A stretch of 64,000 nucleotides of DNA from contig OZ024758.1 of the NCBI GenBank assembly GCA_964016885.1, forward strand, positions 26,226,001-26,290,000. Direction: 5' to 3'. A program made the position numbers and the translations under genes. Source of the stretch: Eledone cirrhosa. Its lineage: Eukaryota. Below the pieces are notes generated by a model. The model had not been told where the DNA came from and searched no databases. It saw nothing but the letters and a program-made list of their open reading frames with translations. Positions 63,457 through 64,000 of the stretch are shown here, piece by piece. Position 1 is the first letter of the stretch, and each line of letters starts with the position of its first letter.

Positions 63457-63857
63457 CCCTTTAGCATTTACATTACTCTATATTTACTATTATATTTTCA
63501 CAGTAAAGGCTTTACCTCACATAATATAGAATCTATGAGATTTTGATATAATTTATTTTGAGAAAAGTATCTTAAAATAAATATGAGCAGCCGGTTATGG
63601 TTGCTTTCAACAGAAAGAGGTGAAAGAATTCTGGCTGGATATAGCCAGTTTAAATGCCAAAGGGTTAACCTTTACATTACTCTATATATACTATTATATT
63701 TTCATGGAAAAGGTTTTATCTCACATAATATCGAATCTATGAGATTTTGATATTATTTATTTTGAGAACATCAGTATGAGTGGCCGGTTATGGCTGGTTT
63801 AAGCAGAACGAGGTGAGAGAATTCTGGCTAGCGATGGCTGGTTTAAATGCTAAAGGG
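63457..63857. mobile_element. Two tandem piggyBac-like MITEs sharing a TTAA
   Basis: ttaa|cccttt...aaaggg|ttaa|ccttt...aaaggg|ttaa. Confidence 0.8.
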
Positions 63858-64000
63858 TTAAGAGGTTTGCTTCACAGTCATGGAGTTTCAGGTTCAATCC
63901 CACAACACGGTGTGTGTAGTTTATAAACCTTGGGTCGACGAGACCTGTTTGTGTTTGAAAGCTCGTCAAATGAACTGTACCTGTAATTCAAAGGGCCAAC

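Overview
AT-rich, intron-containing animal genomic DNA. The SINE, RTE, CR1 and Penelope repeat content suggests a coleoid cephalopod such as an octopus (inference). Bases 2174-14499 carry the last 13 coding exons of the ER chaperone gene HSP90B1 (GRP94/endoplasmin) on the + strand, ending in the KDEL-like signal SDEL; its 5' exons lie upstream of the window. About 13.5 kb downstream is a single 9,023-bp open exon (28048-37070). It encodes ~3,000 aa of Cys-free DxDGDGIPD (thrombospondin type-3-like, Ca2+-binding) repeats in a 114-bp/38-aa unit, followed by a small candidate terminal exon (38195-38360). The giant exon has no start codon of its own at its 5' end, and its phase-0 acceptor matches the phase-0 donor of the penultimate HSP90B1 exon. 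It opens with a site-1-protease-like RRKLL/S motif. The best hypothesis, untested, is an alternatively spliced GRP94 isoform that swaps the SDEL tail for a giant, cleavable acidic calcium-binding module. Other notable signals are a candidate long-range RNA duplex just before the SDEL exon, a tandem array of six 3' splice sites in one HSP90B1 intron, and eight type-I hammerhead ribozyme motifs with covarying stems in TA-flanked foldback (Penelope-like) elements at 42-53 kb. The rest is SINEs, LINE remnants, MITEs and satellites.
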